Shown piece after piece: positions 20,353 through 29,447 of a DNA stretch of 64,000 nt (positions are counted from its first letter, which is position 1; every line of letters begins with the position of its first letter). The position numbers and the translations under genes are program-made. The stretch is from an uncultured Armatimonadetes bacterium (GTDB lineage: Bacteria > Armatimonadota > UBA5829 > DTJY01). The stretch covers positions 2,816,001 to 2,880,000 of the forward strand of contig OY970325.1 in assembly GCA_963717145.1 (NCBI GenBank), read 5' to 3'. The notes under the pieces are model-generated. The model saw only the letters and a program-made list of their open reading frames with translations, did not search any database and was not told the origin of the DNA.

Positions 20353-20356
20353 TGTT

Positions 20357-20458
20357 CATGTAGGAGGGATTTTGCGGGATGGTTTGTGCCCGCTAATCCC
20401 GATCGGCGGCGTTCGGGATTAGCGGGCACAAACCATCCCGCAAAATCCCTCCTACATG
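20357..20458. repeat. Palindromic REP-like element, family A
   Basis: CATGTAGGAGGGATTTTGCGGGATGG...CCATCCCGCAAAATCCCTCCTACATG. Confidence 0.92.
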
Positions 20459-20464
20459 CGTCTG

Positions 20465-20605
20465 GCCGGAGAACCCCACCCCAGCCCTCCCCGCAACGGA
20501 GAGGGGGTTAGAGAGTGCCTTCGCGCAACGGAGAGGGAGCGCCCCCGCCTGCAAGAGAGGTACTCCCTCTCCGTTGCGGGGAGGGCTGGGGTGGGGTTCT
20601 CCGGC
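20465..20605. repeat. Palindromic element, family C
   Basis: GCCGGAGAACCCCACCCCAGCCCTCCCCGCAACGGAGAGGG...CCCTCTCCGTTGCGGGGAGGGCTGGGGTGGGGTTCTCCGGC. Confidence 0.92.
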
Positions 20606-20643
20606 GCAACTAATCTCCAAGCCGCGTGTCAAACTCCTAAGGG

Positions 20644-20740
20644 GTAGGGGCGTGCCTTGTGCCGCCGCGACCACGATCGGGCGGCACAAGGCGCGCCCCT
20701 ACGGTTGGATGGGTTGCGGCGGCACAAGGCGCGCCCCTAC
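20644..20740. repeat. GTAG-type REP cluster, family B (three units)
   Basis: GTAGGGGCGTGCCTTGTGCCGCC plus two inverted copies GGCGGCACAAGGCGCGCCCCTAC. Confidence 0.9.
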
Positions 20741-20827
20741 GGTCGGACCGGCAGGAGAAGCAGTCCCGCAACCGGAACAACCTGTTGATACTCCACTAGA
20801 TCATTCATTCAGGAAGGTGGCACACGA

Positions 20828-21818
20828 ATGGTTACCGGAATCATGATCGGGTTCATCGCATGGTTCGTCGTGCGATATGTAATGACCAGTTTCTACACGG
20901 TCGATCAGAACGAGCGCGCGGTCAAGACCGTGTTCGGCCGGGCGGAGAGGATCGCGAACGCATCGACCCTCGATCTGCCCATCGCGGAACAACTCAGGCC
21001 GGAGGAACGGGAGCGCTACAACTATCCGCAGGTGCGAGTGATCCAGCCCGGCGGCCCATACTTCAAGTGGCCGTGGGAGCGGATCCACAAGGTCTCGATC
21101 GCGACCCAGACCGTCAACATGGCGCTCGACCCTGAGGACAGGGATGCCAATCAGGGCGGCACGCTCCTGGAGGCGGTCACGAAGGACCAGCTCAATACCG
21201 GACTCACCGGCCAGATCCGCTACCGCGTGGCGGACGGCAATCTCTATGCCTACCTGTTCGGCGTCAAGCGGCCGTTCGTCCACATCATGGGCTACTTCGT
21301 CTCCGTGCTGCGGGAACGCATAGCGAACTACGAAGCGCCCGCGAGAACTCCCGCCGTCGCCGGAGTGGACGCCGGGCCTGAGCCGAGTCTCGTGGCCGGC
21401 ATCTCTATCAACGACCTCCGGAAGAACCTGCGCGACATCAACGAGCACATGGACTCGGAGTGCATGTCGTCCGCCGCCAGATACGGCATCACGCTGGACG
21501 CATCGCTCATCACCGGCATCGATCCGCCGCCCGAGGTCGAGTCCGCACTCGCCGCGATCAACACCGCCCACAACCAGGTGTCGTCGGACATCAGCCTCGC
21601 ACAGGCGTCAGCCGATCAGAAGATCGTGCAGTCGAAGCGCGCCGTCGAGATCGAGACTCTCAAGGCGCAGGCGGAGGTCCGAGCCGCTCACACAGCTCGC
21701 CGAGCAGTTGCGGGAGTTGAGGAAGTACGGCCCGCAGTCGCTCCCGACCTACATTCGGAACGTTCGGCTCGGACTCTATGGGGCCACGAAGCAGGTCATA
21801 ATGGAGGTGAGGAAGTAA
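20828..21818 (+). CDS. SPFH/band-7 domain protein 1 (frameshift at about 21680)
   Basis: N-terminal TM, VDQNERAVKTVFG, ITGIDPPPEVESAL; removing one C at 21679-80 gives EPLTQLAEQL...VRK-TAA overlapping the next ATG (TAATG). Confidence 0.8.
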
Positions 21819-22780
21819 TGGACACTCTTGTCACCGCCATCTTCGCATTCTTCGGCTTCCTCGTAGGCGTCCCGATCGCCGGGGGACTCGCGCGCCGGTG
21901 CGGGATATACACACTCGTGGACGAGGGGTACTGCAAGGTATACGTCCTCTTCGGCAAGGTGCTCGGAGTCGTGCAGACGCCGGGCATTCACTTCCTGCCC
22001 GCCGAACTCGGATGGCGCACGTTCCTCGTCGGCTGGCTCGGACGCTGCTACACGCTCGACATGCGGCTCGATCAGACCTACCTCCGCAGCCAGCCCGTGA
22101 ACTCCGAGGAGGGCGCGCCGATGGGCATCGGCATCTGGTACGAGATGTTCATCAGCGATCCGACCTCCTACCTCTTCAAGAACGCGGATCCGCAGGGATC
22201 GCTCGCGGCGAACGTCAGCAATGCCACCGTCCGATGTCTCAGCAACTTACCCCTCGCCGAGATGCTCGAGAACCGCCATGCGATGAGCCAGTCGGTGCGC
22301 GCGGAGGTTTCCGCGAAGTCTCAGGAATGGGGCTACAAGTCCGGCTCGGTCTACATCCGGAAGGTCCACTTCCGCGACACCGGCATGATCCGCCAGATCG
22401 AGGAGAAGGTCGTGAACCGTCTCCGCCAGGTGACGTCCGCAATCAAGCAGGACGGCGCGAACCAGGTCAGCATCATCACGAGTACCGCCGAGCGGGAAGC
22501 CGCGGTCGAGTTCGCGAAGGCGGAGGCGATCCGCCCGCTGATCGTCGGCAAGTCGCTGGAGAAGATCGCGGAGGACCCGGAGATCTCGGCCGCGATGTTC
22601 GATATCCTGGAGACGCAGAAACTCCTCGATGGGAAGGCGAGCGTGATGCTCATCCCGCAGAGAGCAGAACTGCTCGCGGAGATGCTCGCGGCCCAGTCGG
22701 GGGGTGTCTTCCAGCCGCACCAGGCGAAGGAGCACGAGCAGCCGCCCCTCGGCCCTACTGCGCCGCCCGAGCCGCAGTAG
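21818..22780 (+). CDS. SPFH/band-7 domain protein 2
   Basis: GGAGGTGA RBS, N-terminal TM, VLFGKVLGVVQTPGIHFL, SPFH pattern. Confidence 0.82.
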   Translation: MDTLVTAIFAFFGFLVGVPIAGGLARRCGIYTLVDEGYCKVYVLFGKVLGVVQTPGIHFLPAELGWRTFLVGWLGRCYTLDMRLDQTYLRSQPVNSEEGAPMGIGIWYEMFISDPTSYLFKNADPQGSLAANVSNATVRCLSNLPLAEMLENRHAMSQSVRAEVSAKSQEWGYKSGSVYIRKVHFRDTGMIRQIEEKVVNRLRQVTSAIKQDGANQVSIITSTAEREAAVEFAKAEAIRPLIVGKSLEKIAEDPEISAAMFDILETQKLLDGKASVMLIPQRAELLAEMLAAQSGGVFQPHQAKEHEQPPLGPTAPPEPQ

Positions 22781-22934
22781 GACTGATCACGCCGGGTGAT
22801 GCAGGGATCTGTGGGGACTGGGGTGATCGCGTCCCAGTCCTCATTTCCGCGAGCACGCGGAGGGCCGGACAGCATTGCGCGGGATGGCCCGGACGGCTAT
22901 AATGACAGCGAGACGGCCTCCGGAGGGTATGCCG

Positions 22935-23225
22935 ATGGATATGCGAGAGCTTCTGGAAAGCAAGAGAGAAGAGATACTCCGAATCGCCCGGGCACACGGC
23001 GCGCGAAACGTGCGGGTCTTCGGCTCGGTGGCGCGCGGCGAGGCGGCCGAGACGAGCGATGTCGACTTCCTCGTCGACTTCGATCCCGGCACGAGCCTCC
23101 TGCAGCACGGTGCGATGATCGCGGACCTCGAGGAACTGCTCGGGCGCAAGGTGGATGTCGCGCCCGCGAAGATGCTCAAGGATCGAGTCCGCGACCGGAT
23201 ACTCCGAGAGGCGGTTCCCCTGTGA
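22935..23225 (+). CDS. mntA: Minimal nucleotidyltransferase antitoxin (MNT)
   Basis: VRVFGSVARGE...SDVDFLVDF, LEELLGRKVDV. Confidence 0.9.
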   Translation: MDMRELLESKREEILRIARAHGARNVRVFGSVARGEAAETSDVDFLVDFDPGTSLLQHGAMIADLEELLGRKVDVAPAKMLKDRVRDRILREAVPL

Positions 23226-23551
23226 GAGACGACCGCGCGAGGCTGCTCGACATTCTGGAGGCGATCGAGAAGATCGAGCGCTATTCGGGCACCGATAAGC
23301 ATACCTACGAACACGACGAACTGATACAGGTCTGGATGGTGTACAACGTCCAGATCATCGGCGAGGCAGTGACTCAGCTATCCGATGAGTTCCGAGATGA
23401 GCACCCCGAAATTCCGTGGCGCGCGATTGCCGCGATGAGACACGCGATCGTCCACGGCTACTTCCGCGTCGACCTCGATGAAGTATGGAATGCCGTGCAG
23501 AACGACCTCCCCACCCTGAAGGCCGCGATTCACGCACTTCTTGACCAATAG
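23222..23551 (+). CDS. hepT: HEPN/DUF86 RNase toxin
   Basis: IIGEAV, HPEIPWRAIAAMRHAIVHGYF (RX4HXY); GTGA overlap with the MNT gene. Confidence 0.9.
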   Translation: MRDDRARLLDILEAIEKIERYSGTDKHTYEHDELIQVWMVYNVQIIGEAVTQLSDEFRDEHPEIPWRAIAAMRHAIVHGYFRVDLDEVWNAVQNDLPTLKAAIHALLDQ

Positions 23552-23747
23552 CCGAGTTGATCGCTCGCCGTCCCATCGCCGGTTCCTTGACTCCTCTGCT
23601 CCCCGACTCCTCTGGTTCCAAAGAGGTATCGCACGTGTAGCTGGTAAACAATCACTGTAGAGGCAGCCGATTGCTGCCGACGATTAGGATTGGGAGTCGG
23701 AAGAACCGAGTACGAGTACGAGTACGAGTACGAGTAGGGAGGGGACG

Positions 23748-24983
23748 ATGGGAATGCGCACAGGATACGGACATATGATATGGAGAATGGCGGGCTTCAT
23801 GGTGTGCTCGCTGGCGCTCTATTGCGCCTGCACGATGCCGGTCATGGCCCAGTCGGAGACCTCTGCGTCGACACAGAGTCTTTACGACGCGGAATCCACG
23901 ATCAACGACATGCAGGACAAGCATTTCGATCTGATGATCGAGAGCATGGACAGCCTGACGAATGCGACCAAGGCGGCAGACCTGGCCGTTGCAGATCTCG
24001 GCGCTCAGCCGACCAACGAACAACTGGTGGCCGCGCTGCAATCGGTCCTGGCCAGGCTCGATGCCATCGAGGGCGCTCGTGCACAGGACTTCTCCAATCG
24101 GCTCGACCTCGAGGAGGAACGGTATGACAGCGCGAGTCAGGTGCTCGTAGCGATCATCCGGGACGCGAAGAAGCTGGAGATCACCGAGCGGGCGATGAGG
24201 ATGGCGACCGAATTCCAGATCGACACGGATCCGCTGGCGATCGAGAGCTTCCGGGGCCTCGTGTCCAACTTCTCGTCAGCGATGGCGGGGCCCGGTAACG
24301 AGCGGATGGGTCTCTCGAGCCTCGGCGGTCTGGCGACCCTCGGCGGATTCTTCGCGAGTCCGTACGCAAGCCTCGTGTACTCGGTGGTTTCGCTCTTCCA
24401 CAGCAAGAAGCCGAAGCCCGAGGACAAGCCGGGCCAGTTCGAGCGGATAGCATCTATCGCCAACGTCTCCCTTCATGCGCGCGACGATTCGATCACCCTC
24501 CAGACGGAACTCACGCGGGCAAGCGAACAGCTCTCCGCCCTCAGCACGGAAGCGACGCAGTTCTTCACGACCTACGCGGGCACGGTCGGCTACTCCAAGA
24601 CATTCGAGGAGTTCAGCAACGATCCGCAGGGCCCGAGAGAGATGTCGAGAGCGGTGCAGAAGTTCTTCGCGCAGGAACGGGAGGCGGGCGCGAAGGTGGG
24701 GATCGTTCCGGAGTCGATCGAGCGGACGCGATACAACTTGAGGATGCTGTCGAGCTATGTGTCCAGATACGGGGCGCAGCTCCGGAATGTGGATGCGATC
24801 CTGAGCGGCTTCGGCACGGCGATCCAGACGCGCGCAGATGAGATGGCAAAGCTCCCGTCGATGCAGGACAAAGCTCCGGAGCTTGTCAAGCTCGGCGCAG
24901 AGAACAAGTCGCTTCGAGAGGACCTTCGGAAAGCCTACGTGACGCCCATCGTCCACTGGGAGAACTTCCTGCTGGAATACTAG
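23748..24983 (+). CDS. Secreted alpha-helical hypothetical protein
   Basis: RBS, signal peptide, long helical or coiled-coil segments, central hydrophobic stretch. Confidence 0.75.
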   Translation: MGMRTGYGHMIWRMAGFMVCSLALYCACTMPVMAQSETSASTQSLYDAESTINDMQDKHFDLMIESMDSLTNATKAADLAVADLGAQPTNEQLVAALQSVLARLDAIEGARAQDFSNRLDLEEERYDSASQVLVAIIRDAKKLEITERAMRMATEFQIDTDPLAIESFRGLVSNFSSAMAGPGNERMGLSSLGGLATLGGFFASPYASLVYSVVSLFHSKKPKPEDKPGQFERIASIANVSLHARDDSITLQTELTRASEQLSALSTEATQFFTTYAGTVGYSKTFEEFSNDPQGPREMSRAVQKFFAQEREAGAKVGIVPESIERTRYNLRMLSSYVSRYGAQLRNVDAILSGFGTAIQTRADEMAKLPSMQDKAPELVKLGAENKSLREDLRKAYVTPIVHWENFLLEY

Positions 24984-24991
24984 TAAGCGCT

Positions 24992-25109
24992 GTAGGGGCG
25001 TGCCTTGTGCCGCCCGATACCACCTACGCCGGGTATCGGGCGGCACAAGGCACGCCCCTACAGCCGTCTGCTATGTGTACGTACCGGGCGGGACAAGCCG
25101 CGCCCCTAC
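24992..25109. repeat. GTAG-type REP cluster, family B, between convergent genes
   Basis: GTAGGGGCGTGCCTTGTGCCGCCC...GGGCGGCACAAGGCACGCCCCTAC plus a third unit that supplies the stop of the downstream gene. Confidence 0.9.
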
Positions 25110-26395
25110 AGGCCTTCTTTCGGTTCGTTGTTCGCGATGATCGCCTTGTCGCCGATCTCGTTTACGACCTTGACGCCGAGTTCGCCGTTGTTTTCGGTGA
25201 TGATCGCGTGCTTCAGCCCCTTGCCGAGGAGGATATCCGGGCGCGGGCCTCCTTCGAAGCTGCATCCACGGACCTGAAGGCGTCCGGCGTCCGCCTCGAC
25301 CAGCGGCTTCAGGGCATCGTGCGGGCTGCTGAAGTAGCAGTCGGTGAGCGACGTGAACCCCTGGTTGTGCGAGACGACGTTCTGCACTGCCGGGCCCCAG
25401 AACGCGCAGTTGACGAGTCGGACCGATCCCTTGCAGGTCGGAGCGATCTCCACCTCGATGGGATCATCCCCCGCAAAGGCCACGAACTGCCCGCCGGTGA
25501 TCAGCAGGCCCATGAACTGAATGGCGTCCACGACTACGCACCGCTGCGCCCAGTCCGCACCGATGCCCGTGAACTGCCCGTTGCACGCGCCTGAGGGCGT
25601 CTGTATGAACTTGTAGCCGATCTTCACGGGAAAGACGAAGGTGTTGTTCACATATTCCCAGTCGGTGCGCCCGAAGATGAACGCCTCGCAGTTGTCGATC
25701 ATGTACTTGTTGACGATCTCATTGTTGCCGCCGACCTCCGTCGCCCACCACCAATGGCCGTGGAACTGCACGTTGTCGATTCGCCCGATGTCGGTGCAGG
25801 CGTCGACGAAGATCCCGCGTCTGAGCGCGCATCCGTAGACGCTTCTGATGCGGTGGCGGACGTTTCCCTCGGGGCCGACGCGGATCGCGTTGTAGCTGTT
25901 GATGAGCGTCACGTTCTCGACGGTGTTGTCATTGCCCTGCAGGTGGAAGGTCCAGGAGTACGGGCGGATGTCGGTCACCTTCTGCTCGGGATAGTAGACG
26001 GTCAGGCCACTCACGGAGGTGGAGTCGACCATCTCGAACAGGGCGGGACCGTCCTCTTTGTCCCGGCCGCCGGTCGCGAGGATCACGGTGCCTGTGAGCG
26101 GACTGTTGTACCTCGGCGCGTTCGAGACTCCCTCAACGGATACGCCGGCGCGGACGTTGATGCTCCCCTTGACGAGATACTTGCCGGGCGGAAGGTAAAC
26201 CTTCCCGCCGTCCTTCGCCGCGGCATCGAGGGCCGACTGGATGGACGCGGTGTCGTCGGTCGTGCCATCGGCCTTCGCGCCGAAGTCCTTCACGCTGAAT
26301 ACGCCTTCGAGCATGGTTTTCTCCTCCGCAGAGAATGTTGGTGATACGGCGAGCAGAATGATTGCCGCCACCAGTACTAGAAATCGTGGTCGCAT
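25106..26395 (-). CDS. Right-handed beta-helix protein (pectate_lyase_3/GH28-related)
   Basis: SVKDFGAKADGTTDDTASIQSALDAA, VYLPPGKYLV; signal peptide. Confidence 0.85.
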   Translation of the reverse strand: MRPRFLVLVAAIILLAVSPTFSAEEKTMLEGVFSVKDFGAKADGTTDDTASIQSALDAAAKDGGKVYLPPGKYLVKGSINVRAGVSVEGVSNAPRYNSPLTGTVILATGGRDKEDGPALFEMVDSTSVSGLTVYYPEQKVTDIRPYSWTFHLQGNDNTVENVTLINSYNAIRVGPEGNVRHRIRSVYGCALRRGIFVDACTDIGRIDNVQFHGHWWWATEVGGNNEIVNKYMIDNCEAFIFGRTDWEYVNNTFVFPVKIGYKFIQTPSGACNGQFTGIGADWAQRCVVVDAIQFMGLLITGGQFVAFAGDDPIEVEIAPTCKGSVRLVNCAFWGPAVQNVVSHNQGFTSLTDCYFSSPHDALKPLVEADAGRLQVRGCSFEGGPRPDILLGKGLKHAIITENNGELGVKVVNEIGDKAIIANNEPKEGL

Positions 26396-26461
26396 GTGTT
26401 CCTCCTCACCAAGGTCTACAGAGTGTGTTCGCCCAATCGACATGCATGCCCTGCATGACGC

Positions 26462-26490
26462 TTGACATCCGAATCTCTCGGTGGTAGTCT
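26462..26490 (+). promoter_or_regulatory. Sigma70-type promoter of the sulfatase operon
   Basis: TTGACA-N17-TAGTCT with a TG extended -10. Confidence 0.55.
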
Positions 26491-26519
26491 TGTTTCACCC
26501 CGAGCCATAGGAGATACCC

Positions 26520-27959
26520 ATGACCAACGCATACACCCGGCGCGATTTCCTCGCCGGACTAGGAGCATCGGCGGCGACCCTGGCCTTATCGCGCTACGCC
26601 TCCGCCGACTCACGCCCGAACATCCTGCTGATCACCGCCGACGACATGGACTATCACTCCCTCGGTGTCACGGGATGCAAGGTCCCGGACATCACCCCGA
26701 ACATCGACGCCCTCGCGAAACAGGGGATGCTTTTCACCCAGGCGCACATCACCCTCGCCGTCTGCCAGCCGAGCCGATCGGTGCTCATGACCGGGCGATT
26801 CCCGCACAAGAACGGCGCGATGGGCTTCGAGCCGATCAACGTCGATACGCCTACTCTCCAGCAGTCGCTCAACAAGGCGGGATACCTGAACGGCATCATG
26901 GCCAAGGTCGGCCATCTCGCGCCGAAGGAGTGCTTCCCGTGGGACATGGTGATCGATGCAAATGAACTGGGGCAGGGACGCGACGCGGCTCTCTACTACA
27001 AATCCTCGAAGGAGTACTTCGATCGCGCGAAGACCGAGGGGAAGCCATTCTTCCTGATGGCGAACTCCCAGGATCCGCATCGTCCGCTCGCAGGGAGCGC
27101 CGGTGAGAAGAATCCTGCCGGCAGGCGCGCCGGCGCCGTATTTCCCGGCGTGACTCGGACGATCAAGCCGGATGAGGTGGAGGTCCCGCCATTTCTTCCC
27201 GACTTGCCCGATGTGCGGAAGGAGATCGCCCAGTACTTCACCTCCGTCCACCGCATGGACGAGTGCGTCGGCCAGGTGCTCCGCGCGCTGAAGGAGAGCG
27301 GCCAGGAGGAGAATACAGTCGTCTTCTTCCTCAGCGACAACGGGATCTCGCAGCCGTTCGCCAAGACCAACTGCTACAAGGTCAGCACTCAGACGCCGCT
27401 CATCGTTCGCTGGCCCGGAAAGATCAAGCCCGGACGGAACACCGACGACCTCGTGTCGGGGATCGACTTCACGCCGACGGTGCTCGACATCTGCGGCATC
27501 AAGCAGATCGCGGGAGTGGATGGGCGCTCGTACCTCCCGCTGCTCGAGGGCCGGAAGGAAGCGGGCCACGACAAGGTTTTCACGTTCCTCTTCGAGACAT
27601 CGGCGAAGAAGGAGTTCCCGATGCGCTGCGTGCGAACGAAGAGGTACAGCTACCTCTACAACGCCTGGTCGGACGGCAAGACGACGTTCCAGAACGAGCC
27701 GATGGGTGGACTGGCATGGAAGGCGATGGTCGCCGCCGCGCCAAATGATAAGCACGTCGCGGCGAGGGTCGATTTCTTCCTCCACCGCGTGCCGGAGGAG
27801 CTGTACGACCTCGAGTCCGATCCCGGCGAGCGCACCAACCTGATCGCGGATCCGAAGTCGAAGGGCCAACTCACCACCATGCGCGCCGAGATGCTCAAGA
27901 TGATGGAGTCCACTAAGGATCCCGTCCTCGACAAGTTCAAGAAGCAGATCGGACAATAG
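26520..27959 (+). CDS. Sulfatase (N-sulfoglucosamine sulfohydrolase-like) with Tat signal
   Basis: TRRDFL, PNILLITADD, CQPSR, DPHRP, SDNG, EELYDLESDPGE. Confidence 0.92.
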   Translation: MTNAYTRRDFLAGLGASAATLALSRYASADSRPNILLITADDMDYHSLGVTGCKVPDITPNIDALAKQGMLFTQAHITLAVCQPSRSVLMTGRFPHKNGAMGFEPINVDTPTLQQSLNKAGYLNGIMAKVGHLAPKECFPWDMVIDANELGQGRDAALYYKSSKEYFDRAKTEGKPFFLMANSQDPHRPLAGSAGEKNPAGRRAGAVFPGVTRTIKPDEVEVPPFLPDLPDVRKEIAQYFTSVHRMDECVGQVLRALKESGQEENTVVFFLSDNGISQPFAKTNCYKVSTQTPLIVRWPGKIKPGRNTDDLVSGIDFTPTVLDICGIKQIAGVDGRSYLPLLEGRKEAGHDKVFTFLFETSAKKEFPMRCVRTKRYSYLYNAWSDGKTTFQNEPMGGLAWKAMVAAAPNDKHVAARVDFFLHRVPEELYDLESDPGERTNLIADPKSKGQLTTMRAEMLKMMESTKDPVLDKFKKQIGQ

Positions 27960-27976
27960 AAAGGACAGTCTGTGCA

Positions 27977-29356
27977 ATGGAACGTCTGGCTCTGACCCTA
28001 CTGCTTGTTTTCGTTGTCGCAACTCTTGCCTCCGCCCAGGGCGCCGATGTCCGAAAGGAGGAAGGATACCGGGGGATCTGGTACGCGAACCAGGCGTCGA
28101 ACGACGAGTATGTATGGAAATACAGCGGCGGTCTGGGTACGTATACCGCCAACCACTGCCCGATCGCCGTCTATGCTCCTGAGGTGAACAAGACGTTCTT
28201 CGTCTACGGCGGATCGAAGCCGATCGATCAGACCAAGCGGCTCCTCGAGATGGTCTCCTACTACGACCACAGCACCGGAACGGTTCCGAAGCCGACCTTG
28301 ATCCGCGAGAAAGACACCGATGACGCCCACCACAATCCTGCGCTCACTATCGACAAAAACGGATACCTCTGGGTGTTCTGTGCCTCTCATGGCGGCAAGG
28401 ACGGGTTCATCTACAAGAGCACCAAGCCGTACTCGATAGACGGCTTCGACCTCGTGATGCAGAGGGAGTTCTCCTACCCGCAGATATGGTACTTCAACGA
28501 CTTCGGCTTCGTCTTCATATTCACCAAGTATACTCGTGGCCGCGAACTCTACGTGAGCACGAGCAAGGACGGCGTGACCTGGACCCCCGATCAGAAGTAC
28601 GCCGGCTTCGACGGGCACTATCAGTCGAGCTGGAAATGGAAAAACAAGCTCGGCACCTCCTACAATTGGCATCCACCGGTTGGCGGGCTGAATGCTCGGA
28701 CGAACCTCTACTATATGGAGACACGCGATTTCGGCGCTACCTGGACGGACGCAGCCGGGAAGAAGCTCGAGATTCCCTTGAGTGATCATCAGAACGGCGC
28801 TCTCGTCCGCGACTACCAGAAAGAGGGCTGGCTCGTTTACATCAACGATGTCAACTTCGACAAGGCCGGCAATCCGATCATCTTCTACAACCTCAGCAAG
28901 GGGTATGAGTCCGGCCCTGACTTCGGCGAGCGGATCATGATGACCGCCCGCTGGACCTGCATGGATTGGGACTACAGCGAGGTGACGAAGACCGACCACA
29001 ATTACGACATGGGCTCGCTGTACGTCGAAGAGGACGGGTCATGGCGCGTGATTGCCCCGACGACCGGGCCGCAGCCGTGGAGCACGGGTGGCGAGGTTGG
29101 CATGTGGAAGACGAGCGATCAGGGTAAGACCTGGCGCAAAGTCCGCAACCTGACGCCCAACAGCGAGATGAACCACCACTACGTCCGCCGCGCGCTCGAT
29201 GCTCAGCCCGACTTCTATGCGCTGTGGGCGGATGGCCATGCTTTCAAGCTGTCGGAGTCGAGCCTGTACTTCTCGAACCGATCAGGCACCTCCGTCCATG
29301 TACTTCCCCAGAAGATGGCGCAGGATAGCGAGAAGCCGCGACTCAGGAAGCGATAG
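27977..29356 (+). CDS. Secreted BNR-repeat (BNR_4-like) beta-propeller protein
   Basis: DDAHHNPAL, SKDGVTW, TRDFGATW, SDQGKTW Asp-boxes. Confidence 0.85.
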   Translation: MERLALTLLLVFVVATLASAQGADVRKEEGYRGIWYANQASNDEYVWKYSGGLGTYTANHCPIAVYAPEVNKTFFVYGGSKPIDQTKRLLEMVSYYDHSTGTVPKPTLIREKDTDDAHHNPALTIDKNGYLWVFCASHGGKDGFIYKSTKPYSIDGFDLVMQREFSYPQIWYFNDFGFVFIFTKYTRGRELYVSTSKDGVTWTPDQKYAGFDGHYQSSWKWKNKLGTSYNWHPPVGGLNARTNLYYMETRDFGATWTDAAGKKLEIPLSDHQNGALVRDYQKEGWLVYINDVNFDKAGNPIIFYNLSKGYESGPDFGERIMMTARWTCMDWDYSEVTKTDHNYDMGSLYVEEDGSWRVIAPTTGPQPWSTGGEVGMWKTSDQGKTWRKVRNLTPNSEMNHHYVRRALDAQPDFYALWADGHAFKLSESSLYFSNRSGTSVHVLPQKMAQDSEKPRLRKR

Positions 29357-29363
29357 TTCCGCT

Positions 29364-29424
29364 GTAGGGGCGTGCCTTGTGCCGCCCGCGACGGTGTACC
29401 AGGCGGCACAAGGCACGCCCCTAC
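29364..29424. repeat. GTAG-type REP doublet, family B
   Basis: GTAGGGGCGTGCCTTGTGCCGCC...GGCGGCACAAGGCACGCCCCTAC. Confidence 0.92.
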
Positions 29425-29447
29425 AGCGTTTGGCTGAAGGAGAAACA

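Noticed and set aside
13000-20750. Integrative element or prophage carrying the defence genes
   Set aside because: No integrase, transposase, tRNA target or convincing terminal direct repeats were found by eye for either cluster.
20828-22780. 650-aa double-SPFH fusion protein
   Set aside because: One extra C at about 21680 explains it. The corrected frame ends in TAA overlapping the second ATG, which has its own RBS.
29199-29447. N-terminal extensions in the ORF track (also at 1624-1668, 2408-2491, 51153-51224)
   Set aside because: They translate REP or short tandem repeats or overlap upstream genes; better starts lie downstream.
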